From: Planctomycetota bacterium | Lineage (GTDB): Bacteria; Planctomycetota; SZUA-567; H5-PLA8 | Assembly: GCA_038227875.1 (NCBI GenBank) | Contig: JBBRPR010000056.1 | Location: forward strand, 1 to 55,275 | Length of the DNA stretch: 55,275 bases | Direction of reading: 5' to 3' | Part shown: piece after piece, positions 10,307 through 19,915 of the stretch | Layout of the letters: each line of letters begins with the position of its first letter | Numbering within the stretch: position 1 is the first letter of the stretch | The notes under the pieces: model-generated | What the model was told of the DNA's origin: nothing | Database searches by the model: none | What the model saw: only the letters and a program-made list of their open reading frames with translations | Translations under genes and position numbers: made by a program

Positions 10307-11629
10307 CTATTTCGACAGCGTGCGCAACACGTTGCTCGTGATCTTCTGCACCACCGCGTCGCCGCCGCGGATGCCGTCGGCCCAGTCGGTCGTCGCCGCG
10401 TTAAAGACCGTGCCGCCGCGCGTGTAGATGCCCATGCAGGCGTGGCCTTCGTGGCCCTTGTACGACGCGGCCGGCGCGAGGCCCAGGATCTGAAAATTCT
10501 TCGGCGTGCCATCCGCGCCGGTCGGAACGGGTTTGCCGTCCGCCCCCTTGGTGAAGAGACAGCCGTCGGTTTCGTAGCCGACGATCGTGTCTTTTCCGCC
10601 GAAGCTGTCGCCGTCCTTCAAGCCCGTCCCGTCGAAGACCCAATGATCCGCGCGCTGCACGGTGTACGCGCCGCTGCCGTCCATCAGCATGCCATGCGAC
10701 CGGTGGTAGCCGCCCTGGTCCCAGCCGACGCCAGTCAGGAAATTCTCCGGCCGGTTCACAACACGGTCGGTCCAGCGCGCGGTGACCAGGCGCCGGTCGC
10801 CCATCATCAGAATCGGATCCTCGTCGGACGCTTCCTTATGGCAGCGCATCGTCCGGCCGCCGTCCTCAAAACGGACCTGCCAGCAGACGGTGTTTCCAGA
10901 GAAGAACGCCACGTTGCCGCCGGAAGCGATGTAGCCCTCGAGCGCATCGCGCATCGGCGCGGACCAGTATTCGTCGTGCCCGACGCTTAAGACGAGTTTG
11001 TACTTCGCGAGCAGTTCCGGGCGCGCTTCGAGATCGAAGTTCGAGGCGTAATCGATACGAAAATCGTTCGCTTCGGCCCACTTGATGAATGGCAACTCCC
11101 AGCGCGAAACGCTGAGATCACCATAGAATCCAATGCCCGGCCGGTTGAGCGAGACGCGCGACGAGCGCATGTTGCCGACGGAATGGTAGCCGTAAAGACT
11201 GTGCCCGCCCCAGCGATTGTAGGCGTTGTAGGTGTTGGTCGTGAGGTGCATCAAGATCCGCGCGTTGGCACCGGGCTGCGCGGATCGGACGATGAAGAAA
11301 ATGTCGTGCGTCGCGACGCTCGAACACCACTGCGTGTAGTCGCTCGCCCCTTTATTAGCCGTCAACCGCGCGCGGTAGACGCCGCTGGGCCAGTCGTTGG
11401 GAATCGAAAGAGTGTGGGCCACCGGCCAGCCGCAGCCGTTGGCCCACGCTTCTGGAGGCACCGCGTGCGCCGCGCCTTTCACCGCATCGATTTTGGAAAG
11501 CGTCCGCGCTTCGGCGCCTTCACGGATGACTTCGATGCTGAACTGCGGCGCGTCGGTGGAGACATGCAACGCCAGCGTTCCGCCCGGCGTGAGGCTCAAC
11601 TGATCGGCGTAACCTTCGATGAATCCCAT
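10307..11629 (-). CDS. N,N-dimethylformamidase beta-subunit-like protein (DUF6605-like)
   Basis: TYNAYNRWGGHSLY, SVGHDEYWS, FFSGNTVCWQVRF, GTVFNAATTDW. GGAGGAG RBS before ATG 11629. Confidence 0.8.
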   Translation of the reverse strand: MGFIEGYADQLSLTPGGTLALHVSTDAPQFSIEVIREGAEARTLSKIDAVKGAAHAVPPEAWANGCGWPVAHTLSIPNDWPSGVYRARLTANKGASDYTQWCSSVATHDIFFIVRSAQPGANARILMHLTTNTYNAYNRWGGHSLYGYHSVGNMRSSRVSLNRPGIGFYGDLSVSRWELPFIKWAEANDFRIDYASNFDLEARPELLAKYKLVLSVGHDEYWSAPMRDALEGYIASGGNVAFFSGNTVCWQVRFEDGGRTMRCHKEASDEDPILMMGDRRLVTARWTDRVVNRPENFLTGVGWDQGGYHRSHGMLMDGSGAYTVQRADHWVFDGTGLKDGDSFGGKDTIVGYETDGCLFTKGADGKPVPTGADGTPKNFQILGLAPAASYKGHEGHACMGIYTRGGTVFNAATTDWADGIRGGDAVVQKITSNVLRTLSK

Positions 11630-11651
11630 GCGCGTTCTCCTCCAGGAAATT

Positions 11652-12869
11652 TCAGCGACTCGCGGCCAATTCCGCGCCGGCGGCAATTTGCGCGCACTCC
11701 TTCAGCGACGCGGCGGTCTGCGCGATTTCCTGCTCGGTCCAGCGGTGGTTGATCGCCACGTTCACCGTCCGCGCCAGATGTTCGAGCGTCACTGGCAGCA
11801 TGTCCGGCGTGTACTTTTGCGCACGGCCGGCTTCCGTCGCATGCAGCGGATCGAGCAGCGGATGGTGCGCGGCGCGGCGCTGCATCAGCGGGTCCCAATT
11901 GCTGTAGACATGCTTGCCGGTGTCCAGCGGCAGAATAACCGGCAGACGCCGCTCCCTTGCTGCTTGCGCAAAGGCGAGCGACTCGGCGCGGCTGTGCGTA
12001 CGGATGAAAAGATTCGAGCCGCAGACGCCGTCAACATCATGAACGGGCGCGAGCGTGACGTCCGGCGTGCGCAGCAGTTCATCGCGCAGGCGGCGGTAGC
12101 GCGAACGCAGTGCGCTCAAAATTCCGTCGAGCCGGCCAAGCTGCACGCGCAGCAGCGCGGCGCGGATTTCTTCCATGCGGTAATTCACGCCCGCGAAGGG
12201 CAGGACGGTGGTGTCTTTCAATTCCGTGCGAAACGCGATGCCCGCGTCGTGGTAAATGCGCGCGCGATCGGCGATGGTGCGGTCGCTGGTCATCACCGCG
12301 CCTCCTTCGCCCGCGGAGATGTTCTTGTAGAAGTTGAAGCTGTAGGCGCCCACATCGCCCTGGCGTCCGACGCGCAGCGAGCGGTAGCTGCCGCCGACGC
12401 ACTGGCAGCAATCTTCGAGCACCTTGATGCCGCGCGAACGCGCGAGTGCCAGCAGCGGCTCGAGGTCGACGACGTGGCCCATCATGTGGACGGGAATGAT
12501 GACCTTGGTGCGCGGCGTGATCTTCCGCGCGACGTCGGCGGCATCGAGCATCAAGCCCGCGTCGACATCGGCGAGCACCGGCGTGGCGCCCAGCGCCAGT
12601 GGCGCCATCGCGGTCGCCATGAACGTATAGCCGGGGACGATCACTTCGTCTTCCGGTCCGACGCCGAGCCCCACCAGCGCGCAGATCAGCGCGGCGGTAC
12701 CGCTGGTCACAGCGAGGGCCTGCGACGTCCCGACCATCTGCGCGATTTCGCGTTCCAGCCGCAGCGTCTCCGGCTCTTCGCCGTTGGGTCCGGTCTGGTA
12801 GCGGAAGAGCCGCCCGCTGCGAATGACCCGCGTGATGGCTTCGATCTCCGCGTCGCCGAGTTCGTACAT
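11652..12869 (-). CDS. DegT/DnrJ/EryC1/StrS PLP-dependent aminotransferase
   Basis: TSGTAAL, EDCCQ, SFNFYKNISAGEGG (PLP lysine), GVNYRM. Confidence 0.92.
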   Translation of the reverse strand: MYELGDAEIEAITRVIRSGRLFRYQTGPNGEEPETLRLEREIAQMVGTSQALAVTSGTAALICALVGLGVGPEDEVIVPGYTFMATAMAPLALGATPVLADVDAGLMLDAADVARKITPRTKVIIPVHMMGHVVDLEPLLALARSRGIKVLEDCCQCVGGSYRSLRVGRQGDVGAYSFNFYKNISAGEGGAVMTSDRTIADRARIYHDAGIAFRTELKDTTVLPFAGVNYRMEEIRAALLRVQLGRLDGILSALRSRYRRLRDELLRTPDVTLAPVHDVDGVCGSNLFIRTHSRAESLAFAQAARERRLPVILPLDTGKHVYSNWDPLMQRRAAHHPLLDPLHATEAGRAQKYTPDMLPVTLEHLARTVNVAINHRWTEQEIAQTAASLKECAQIAAGAELAASR

Positions 12870-12900
12870 GCTGCACCCCTTTCAACATTGTGCGGATTTC

Positions 12901-12924
12901 CGTGGTTGCAAATTTGCAACCACG
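12901..12924. repeat. perfect 24-bp palindrome upstream of the aminotransferase
   Basis: CGTGGTTGCAAATTTGCAACCACG. A related palindrome lies at 31021-31046. Confidence 0.7.
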
Positions 12925-12946
12925 TACCACAAGTACAACAACTGGC

Positions 12947-13042
12947 AGCCCGTTGAATAAACCTCGTTCCGCCAAGTTTCTCCGTGAAACGCCTGGCAGT
13001 AGAGGCGTTTCGCGGCGCAGTACAGTGGATTAACAACGGGCT
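12947..13042. mobile_element. small MITE-like element with IS5/IS1182-style terminal inverted repeats
   Basis: AGCCCGTTGAATAAACC...GGATTAACAACGGGCT ends, an internal hairpin, and CTAG at the right flank. Confidence 0.4.
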
Positions 13043-13043
13043 C

Positions 13044-14081
13044 CTAGATTGATTTCGCTTTCGTTCCACACGAATCGCGTTGAATGAATTGGCAGTCGAG
13101 CACCAGCCGGCAGACGGCCGCGCGCGGAAATTGGATGCGCCACAGTGCGCGTTCAACCGCGGTGCGCGCCAGCGCTTCCTTGTCCACGCGCACGGTCGAC
13201 AAGCGCGGCACGGAGTAGCGGCCGAGTTCGATGTCGTCGACGCCGACCAGAGCCAATTGTTCCGGCACGCGGAGTTTCAAATCGTGCGCGGCGCGCAGCG
13301 CGCCGAGCATGCCGTGATCGGAACCAAAGAGCGCCGTGGGGCGCTTTTCCTTCGGCACATCCAGCAGTCGCTTGCCCATCACGTAGCCGTCTTCCGGCGT
13401 CGCCGCGTACCCGGCCGTGAAGTGTTCGAACGGCGTGACGCCCGCCAGATCCAGCGCGCGCCGCGCGCCGTCGTAAATTTGTGCTTCGAAGCCATCGCCG
13501 GCTTTGCGCGCCGCCGTGGTCAGCGCGATGCGCGTGTGGCCGGCGGCGAGCAGCGCCGTCACCGCCTCGAACGCGCCGGCGCGGTAATCGGGGACGACGC
13601 CATCGGCATTCAGTCCCGGCAGATAACAATCAACGGTGACGACCGGGATGCGCGCGCTGATCGCTTCGATATTGCTTGACGTTCCGCCAATCGTGATCGC
13701 GGCGTCGCAGTCGTTGAGCGCATCGGGAGCGGGTTGTTCGCCAGGCCAGTCGACGCTGATCATCTCCGCGCCCATCTGTCCGCCGCTGGCATGGGGCCCG
13801 CCAGCGTCGAGAGCCGCCATCAGGATCGGCGCGGAGAATGGATTGCGGCGGACGTCGGCGTGGTTCTGGCAGATGATCGCGATGCGCCGAGTTTTGCGCG
13901 CGCGCAACGAGGGGCGGCCGCGGCGCGTGGGCTTGGCGTCGAGCGAATACTGCGCGCGCCGCAGTTCGTTGAGCACGCGTTCGCGTGTCTCGGCGTTGAC
14001 ATCGTCGCGCCCATGCAACACGCGCGAGATAGTGCTGACACTCACGCCGGTGGTCTCTGCAATCTGTTCGAGCGTCTTCAA
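13044..14081 (-). CDS. LacI-family transcriptional regulator
   Basis: TLEQIAETTGVSVSTISRVL HTH, VPEQLALVGVDD, PRLSTV. Likely TTG start at 14081 after GAGG. Confidence 0.9.
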   Translation of the reverse strand: MKTLEQIAETTGVSVSTISRVLHGRDDVNAETRERVLNELRRAQYSLDAKPTRRGRPSLRARKTRRIAIICQNHADVRRNPFSAPILMAALDAGGPHASGGQMGAEMISVDWPGEQPAPDALNDCDAAITIGGTSSNIEAISARIPVVTVDCYLPGLNADGVVPDYRAGAFEAVTALLAAGHTRIALTTAARKAGDGFEAQIYDGARRALDLAGVTPFEHFTAGYAATPEDGYVMGKRLLDVPKEKRPTALFGSDHGMLGALRAAHDLKLRVPEQLALVGVDDIELGRYSVPRLSTVRVDKEALARTAVERALWRIQFPRAAVCRLVLDCQFIQRDSCGTKAKSI

Positions 14082-14098
14082 GCGTTGTTCCTCTTTCG

Positions 14099-14196
14099 TT
14101 ACCGGTATAAACAACACTTTGCCGGTAATATCAATATAAATCTGTCCATTTTCATAGGAACTAGAGCTAAAATGATGACTTTATTTTACCGGTAAA
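14099..14196. promoter_or_regulatory. putative LacI operators
   Basis: Perfect palindrome TTTACCGGTAAA (14185-14196), with variants TTACCGGTAT (14099) and TTGCCGGTAA (14119) in the divergent promoter region. Confidence 0.6.
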
Positions 14197-14468
14197 TTAG
14201 ACTTTGGTTGAGTTTCGGTATCTCAGTCGCGCTGGGCCTCCATTGCGCGAGTAACGTGGACGCGTTGTTCCCTGATGATTGTAGTTAAGAATCCCCCCAA
14301 ACATTCGTCATGATTTTCCAGACTGTCTGCGCCGCGCGGTGTATCTGAAAGTGACCTCCGCACACCACTCATACCCCTTAAAATTAAAGCAGTTTTCAAC
14401 GAAGGATTTCACCGTCTGCAGCGCTCTTACCTGCGCGGATTCTGTTTTGACTTTTCAGCTCCGGGGGA

Positions 14469-16445
14469 ATGGCAATGAAAGCAATGCTTGGAATTCTGGC
14501 TGGCCTGATGGTGCTGCTGACGTCCCTGCCGCTGCGCGCGGAAGACGCGCCGGTGGGAATCGTCAGCCACATCAAGATCCTCTCGGACAAATCGGAGGAC
14601 GTCAGCAGTCTGGAAGCGTGGAAGAAGACTTACATTAAAGACGGCATGAGCGATCAGGAAAAAGCGATCGCAATCTGGCAGACGGTCGTCAAGTACCGCC
14701 ACCAGGCCGCGCCGCCCAATGAGTTTCTGCAGAGCGGCGACAACGTTCACGATCCGATTAAAACGATTCATGTTTATGGATATGGCCAGTGCTGCTGTGC
14801 GTCGAGCAACATCGAGGGACTCGGCCGCTACATCGGTCTGGTTGCGCGCGGACGCAATATCAATCAGCACAGCGTGCCGGAATTGCAATACGACGACACG
14901 TGGCATCTGTTCGACGCGTCGCTGATGAATTATTTTCCCAAGACCGACGGCAAGGTCGCCAGCGTCGACGAAATCCGCGGCTCTGTGATGGGCTGGCTCG
15001 ACAAGAATGCGCCCTACCGCGCCAACGACAACAAGCTGCGCGAATTTGCGAAGAACGAAGGCTGGAAGAAAGGTCCCGAGCTGCTGGCGACGTCGAAGTT
15101 TTACGACGCCAACGGCATCAACGGCGCAGGCTGGCACGGCTGGCCGTCGAACATGCAGGAATACGACATCAAAAATTCGACGATGTTCGAGTACGGCCCG
15201 GTGCTCGGCTATGAATTGAACGTGCAGCTCCGCCACGGCGAGAAGCTGACGCGCAACTGGTTCAACAAAGGCCTGCACATCAACATGGGCGCGCCCGACA
15301 GCGATCCGGGCTGCCTGAAGGACCGCAATGCGCTCGGCTTTCAGCGCCAATTGGGCGATCTCGCCCCCGGCCGCATCGGCAACGGTACGCTCGAGTACAA
15401 CGTCCCGCTGGCCACCGCTGCGTTTCGATTGGGTGCGCTGAGCGCCGACAACGTCGCCAGCCTCGGAGAAGACAAGGCCAAGCCGGCGCTCCATCTGAAA
15501 GACGCCGCCAAACCCGGAACATTGATTGTGCGCATGCCGTCGAGCTACGTGTACCTGGGCGGACAGATCAACGCCACGGCCGTCGTCGGTGAAGGCGGAT
15601 CGGTGAAGATTTCGCTGAGCACCAATCAGGGTCTGGATTGGAAAGAAGTCGGCGCGATTTCCAAGAGCGGTCCGCAGACGCTGGATATCAAGGCGCTGAT
15701 CTTCCGGCACTACGACTACCAGGTAAAGGTGGAGCTCAGCGGCGCCGGCACGGGGCTCGACGCACTGACGATGACCAACGACATTCAGCATTCTCAAGCG
15801 CCGCTGCCGTTGATCACCGAAGGCAGCAACACGATTTCGTTCTCCTCCGGCGCGCAGGAAGGCACGATCACCGTCCAGGGTTCGATGAATCCCGACGAAG
15901 CGGTCAAGCATCAGCAGACGACGTATCTGGACTACCACCCGACCGTAAATGGATTGAACAAGTATCTGATGGGCGTTGGCGACAGCGGCGTGGGCGATGC
16001 GACCTTCAAGGTCAACACGCCGGGCGAGATGACGCGACTGCGCATGAGCTACCACTGGCGCGCGCGCGACGCGAAGGACGGTTATGAAGTGCTGGTCTCC
16101 TACGACGACGGCAAGAATTTCAAATCCGTCGACAAACTCAGCGGCCCGCAAGTCGGCATGACCAAGTACCTGACGCTGACGGATGTCCCGACCGGCACCA
16201 AGCAGGCGCTGGTCAAGTTCGCCGGACAGCAGCGCAACACGACCTGCATGTTCGACATCCGCATCGACGCCGACTACAAGGAGCCCAATGGCGGATTCCG
16301 CCCGGTGAAGATCACGTACGTCTGGGACGAAGACGGCAAGGAAAAGAAGGACGAACACGTCGCCAAGAGCGCCACGGATTCCTACACGATCAAGTGCGGC
16401 GCGAAGACCACCGCGAAGTCGGTGATCGTGGAGTTGGCGGAGTAA
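14469..16445 (+). CDS. secreted protein with transglutaminase-like (Cys-His-Asp) domain and beta-sandwich C-terminus
   Basis: Signal peptide. GYGQCCC...HSVPELQYDDTWHLFD fits the transglutaminase-core pattern. Confidence 0.6.
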   Translation: MAMKAMLGILAGLMVLLTSLPLRAEDAPVGIVSHIKILSDKSEDVSSLEAWKKTYIKDGMSDQEKAIAIWQTVVKYRHQAAPPNEFLQSGDNVHDPIKTIHVYGYGQCCCASSNIEGLGRYIGLVARGRNINQHSVPELQYDDTWHLFDASLMNYFPKTDGKVASVDEIRGSVMGWLDKNAPYRANDNKLREFAKNEGWKKGPELLATSKFYDANGINGAGWHGWPSNMQEYDIKNSTMFEYGPVLGYELNVQLRHGEKLTRNWFNKGLHINMGAPDSDPGCLKDRNALGFQRQLGDLAPGRIGNGTLEYNVPLATAAFRLGALSADNVASLGEDKAKPALHLKDAAKPGTLIVRMPSSYVYLGGQINATAVVGEGGSVKISLSTNQGLDWKEVGAISKSGPQTLDIKALIFRHYDYQVKVELSGAGTGLDALTMTNDIQHSQAPLPLITEGSNTISFSSGAQEGTITVQGSMNPDEAVKHQQTTYLDYHPTVNGLNKYLMGVGDSGVGDATFKVNTPGEMTRLRMSYHWRARDAKDGYEVLVSYDDGKNFKSVDKLSGPQVGMTKYLTLTDVPTGTKQALVKFAGQQRNTTCMFDIRIDADYKEPNGGFRPVKITYVWDEDGKEKKDEHVAKSATDSYTIKCGAKTTAKSVIVELAE

Positions 16446-16465
16446 GTTCTACGCATCCGAATCTG

Positions 16466-16526
16466 CCTTCGGATCAGCTGATCCGAAGGGAAACGTACGG
16501 ACCCCTGGGCCCCGGGGCCCAGGGGT
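16466..16526. repeat. two adjacent perfect palindromes
   Basis: CCTTCGGATCAGCTGATCCGAAGG (16466-16489) and ACCCCTGGGCCCCGGGGCCCAGGGGT (16501-16526). Confidence 0.8.
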
Positions 16527-16547
16527 AAGCTGGCGACAGGAGTCATC

Positions 16548-18335
16548 ATGCGCACGTTGTTCAGCCTGATTCTGGTTCTGGGACTGCTCGTCACTCTGAA
16601 CGCGCGCGCCGAAAACGCGTCGCTGCAGGTTGGCGAGCCGGTACTCGAGACGCCAACGTTGAGTTGCCTCGGCGCGTACTGGATCGTCCACGGCGACGAC
16701 AACCGCAACGCGCACGTCGAATTTCATTACAAGAAGAAAGACGGCACCGATTGGAAGCGCGGCCCGGATCTCTTCCGCGTCGACCGGCTGCCAGAGGATC
16801 ACTTCAAAGACGACAAGGGCAAACCGATTCTGAAAACGGTGGTGGTGCCGCGCGACGCGTGGATGTTCGCCGGCAGCATCTTTCTGCTCGAACCGAATAC
16901 CGCTTACGAGTTGAAGCTCAACCTGATCGATCCCGACGGCGGCAACACGGAAAAACTTCTCAGCGCGTCGACCATCGGCGAACCGGTGGAGGCCAAGGAT
17001 GCGCCGCAGTTCCACGTCGTTCCCGGCAGCGGCGGCGGTACGGGCACGGCGTCGGATCCATTCAAGGGACTCGACGCAGCGCAGAAAGCCGCGAAGCCCG
17101 GCGATGTGTTTCTGCTCCACGCCGGGACCTACGGCCCGGAATTCAATCTCAGCAAAAGCGGCGAAGAGGGCAAGCCGATCGTCTGGCGCGGCGCGGGTGA
17201 TGGCGACGCACTGATCGACGGCGGCGTAGCGAAGGACAAGTTGAACGGCAGCCACACCGTCGTGGACTTCGGCGGCAAGCACGACATCTGGTTCGAGAAA
17301 CTCTCGATTCGCGGCGGTCACAATCTGATGAAAGGCCACGGCGCCAGCCGCATCGTCATCCGCCGCTGCCACATTTTCGATGGCATCACCGGGTTCTTTG
17401 CGATGAGCGACGAGACGAAGAAATTCGGATCGTTCTTCGTATCCGACAATGTATTCGAAGGCGTGATGCCCTGGCCCACCACGCACGAGCAATGGAAATC
17501 GCTCCCCGAATCCCGCGGCGTGTGGATTGGCGGCTCGGGCAACGTCGTCTGCTTCAACCGCTTCGCGCACTGGAAGGACGGCATGGACACCGCCGATTGC
17601 CCCTGCTGCAACAGCGACGATTTTCACAACAACGACGTGAGCGAATGTTTTGACGACGGCACGGAGCTCGACGGTTCCGAGCGCAACACGCGCTGCTTCC
17701 TCAATCGTTACACCAATGTCTACCAGGGCATTTCATTTCAGCCGATCTACGGCGGCCCCGCGTATGCGTTCCGCAATGTCCTCTACAATTGCCAGGTCGA
17801 ACCCTTCAAGCTTCACAACGGGCCGTCGGGTTCGGTGATGATCCACAACACGATCGTCCGCCAGGGTGCGCCAACGCTCTGCCAGACGCCCGAGACCGAA
17901 TACAACGCCTTCTCGCGCAACAATCTTTACCTGGGCACGGAAGGCCGCGCGCTCCATTACGATTGCCCCAACGTCGATTCCGATTACGACTACGACGGAT
18001 TCGGCGGGATGAGCGGCGACGTCTTCATGAAATGGAACAACGTCAAGTACGCGACGCTCGACGACGTGCGCAAGTCGTGCCCGGTTGAAAAGCATTGTGT
18101 CGTCGTTGATCCGAAGACCGCGTTCGCCAGCGGCATTCAAGCGCCGACGGACAACAAGGTCGTCTTCGACATCAAGGTCAACGATCTGCGACTGAAGGAA
18201 GGATCGGCGGCGATCGACGCGGGCGAAACCTTGACCGGTTTCAATGACGACTTCAAAGGCAAAGCGCCGGATCTGGGCGCGTACGAATTCGGCACCGAGT
18301 TGCCGCACTACGGACCGCGCGCGGAAACGAAGTAG
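16548..18335 (+). CDS. secreted right-handed parallel beta-helix protein (polysaccharide lyase-like)
   Basis: Signal peptide. GTASDPF...AKPGDVFLLHAGTY, Asn-ladder repeats, LKEGSAAIDAG...PDLGAYE tail. Confidence 0.75.
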   Translation: MRTLFSLILVLGLLVTLNARAENASLQVGEPVLETPTLSCLGAYWIVHGDDNRNAHVEFHYKKKDGTDWKRGPDLFRVDRLPEDHFKDDKGKPILKTVVVPRDAWMFAGSIFLLEPNTAYELKLNLIDPDGGNTEKLLSASTIGEPVEAKDAPQFHVVPGSGGGTGTASDPFKGLDAAQKAAKPGDVFLLHAGTYGPEFNLSKSGEEGKPIVWRGAGDGDALIDGGVAKDKLNGSHTVVDFGGKHDIWFEKLSIRGGHNLMKGHGASRIVIRRCHIFDGITGFFAMSDETKKFGSFFVSDNVFEGVMPWPTTHEQWKSLPESRGVWIGGSGNVVCFNRFAHWKDGMDTADCPCCNSDDFHNNDVSECFDDGTELDGSERNTRCFLNRYTNVYQGISFQPIYGGPAYAFRNVLYNCQVEPFKLHNGPSGSVMIHNTIVRQGAPTLCQTPETEYNAFSRNNLYLGTEGRALHYDCPNVDSDYDYDGFGGMSGDVFMKWNNVKYATLDDVRKSCPVEKHCVVVDPKTAFASGIQAPTDNKVVFDIKVNDLRLKEGSAAIDAGETLTGFNDDFKGKAPDLGAYEFGTELPHYGPRAETK

Positions 18336-18519
18336 CCATTTGCAATACTATTGCTCTTGCTGCCGCGGTTGGCCCGCGTTGCAATAAGTCGTATTCAATT
18401 GAACTCAGCCGATGTTTTCCGGGCGCGCCGCCCGGACGACGAACGGCTGTCCCTTTACATTCGCGCGTAAAATCCATACAATGCGTCCCTAATTTAACAC
18501 CAAACTCATTAAGGGATTC

Positions 18520-19329
18520 ATGCGCCAACTTCCCAAGAGCCCCGACTTCGAAGCACCGGCCCTGGAACGCGGAATCCAGATTCTGCGGTTCCTCGACCAT
18601 CCGTTCCGCGACCGCGGAGCGGCGGCCAATGCCATCATGAAATCGCTGGGCCTGCCGCGCGCGACGCTCTACCGCATCTTGAAAATCCTGATGGACTCCG
18701 ACCTGGTCGTGCAGGACGCGATGACCGGCCGCTACCGTCTCGGGCCGGGTCTGGTCGAGCTGGGTTTCTACGCGCTCCGCGCGACGCCACTGGCCAACAA
18801 GGTCCAGCCGTATTTGCAGAAAATCAACGAAGGCACCGGCCAGTGCGCCGAAGCGTGGGTCACGCACGGTCGCTGGGGCATGATGATGCTGGATAATTTT
18901 CACAACCAGTACATCGACCAGCTCCGCTTCCACCGTTCCGGTTTCTACATGCCGATTCAGCACCAGACGATGGCCGGCCTGGTCTTCCTGGCCTGCGATG
19001 CCGCATGGCGCTTGAAAGAATTTCAGACACTGGGCGCGACCAAGCCCGGCCAGGATCAGCTCTGGATCGACGGCGTGCCGGAGAACATCGCCGAGCAGTG
19101 CGCCAACGTCCGGAAGCTCGGCTACGCATTCGGCGAAAACAGCTTCTGGCCCGGATCGTGGCGCGTCTCAGTGCCCGTCTACAACGCCGGCATCCGCCCG
19201 CGCCGCGTAGCGTTTGTGTTGAGTACGCTGACGTTCGCGAAGGAAGTCAGCCCGCAAGTCGGCGCCGAGTGGGCAAAAGTCCTGCTCGCGCAGGCAGCGG
19301 AATTCGAACGCAAAGTCACGGGATTCTGA
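18520..19329 (+). CDS. IclR-family transcriptional regulator
   Basis: APALERGIQIL...LGLPRATLYRIL...RYRLGP HTH and VRKLGYA. Confidence 0.85.
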   Translation: MRQLPKSPDFEAPALERGIQILRFLDHPFRDRGAAANAIMKSLGLPRATLYRILKILMDSDLVVQDAMTGRYRLGPGLVELGFYALRATPLANKVQPYLQKINEGTGQCAEAWVTHGRWGMMMLDNFHNQYIDQLRFHRSGFYMPIQHQTMAGLVFLACDAAWRLKEFQTLGATKPGQDQLWIDGVPENIAEQCANVRKLGYAFGENSFWPGSWRVSVPVYNAGIRPRRVAFVLSTLTFAKEVSPQVGAEWAKVLLAQAAEFERKVTGF

Positions 19330-19350
19330 ACGAATAACGAATACGGAAAG

Positions 19351-19383
19351 AAAACGCGCCGCTAAAAGCGGCGCGTTTTTTTC
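19351..19383. terminator. bidirectional intrinsic terminator
   Basis: AAAACGCGCCGC-TAAAA-GCGGCGCGTTTTTTT between convergent genes. Confidence 0.85.
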
Positions 19384-19414
19384 GACATTCGACATTCCAG
19401 TTTCGACCTTCGAC

Positions 19415-19756
19415 TCACGCCGGGTCGTCGAACGACTCGAACGCCATGCCGGCATGCGTGAATGCGGCTCCGGCGCTGAGGGCGATGGCGACCATGATCG
19501 ATTCGCTGATTTCGGCTTCCGTCGCGCCGGCTTTCTTGGCGGCTTTGACGTGGTGGTCGATGCAGTACGGGCACTTGGTGGCATGGCCCACGGCGATCGC
19601 GATCAGTTCCTTGGTCTTCGCCGGCAGCACGCCGTCGGCGGTGGCCTTGGCGAAGAACGAATTCATCGCGGTCACGGATTCCGTCGCGTTGAGGCTCGCG
19701 TTCTTCAAGCGGCGCAACTGCTTCAAACTCGCCTTCTGGTAGAAACTGTCAGCCAT
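19415..19756 (-). CDS. carboxymuconolactone decarboxylase/AhpD-family protein
   Basis: KTKELIAIAV...KCPYCIDHH. AGGAG RBS before ATG 19756. Confidence 0.9.
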   Translation of the reverse strand: MADSFYQKASLKQLRRLKNASLNATESVTAMNSFFAKATADGVLPAKTKELIAIAVGHATKCPYCIDHHVKAAKKAGATEAEISESIMVAIALSAGAAFTHAGMAFESFDDPA

Positions 19757-19803
19757 CGGTGGTTCTCCTTTTAGAATCGCGAGCGGTTTGCCCGCACGAT
19801 GAT

Positions 19804-19906
19804 TGCAGGCGGTACGCCTGCTCCACAACTTTGCAGGCAAGATGCCTGCACCACAATCCCACTGCGGCGCGAAGCGCCAAATTGTGGTGCAGGCGTCCCG
19901 CCTGCA
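19804..19906. repeat. cluster of three GTGG-type REP-like palindromes
   Basis: TTGTGGTGCAGGCGTCCCGCCTGCA (19882-19906) plus two inverted copies at 19804-19828 and 19832-19856. Confidence 0.8.
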
Positions 19907-19915
19907 TCTCCAAAC

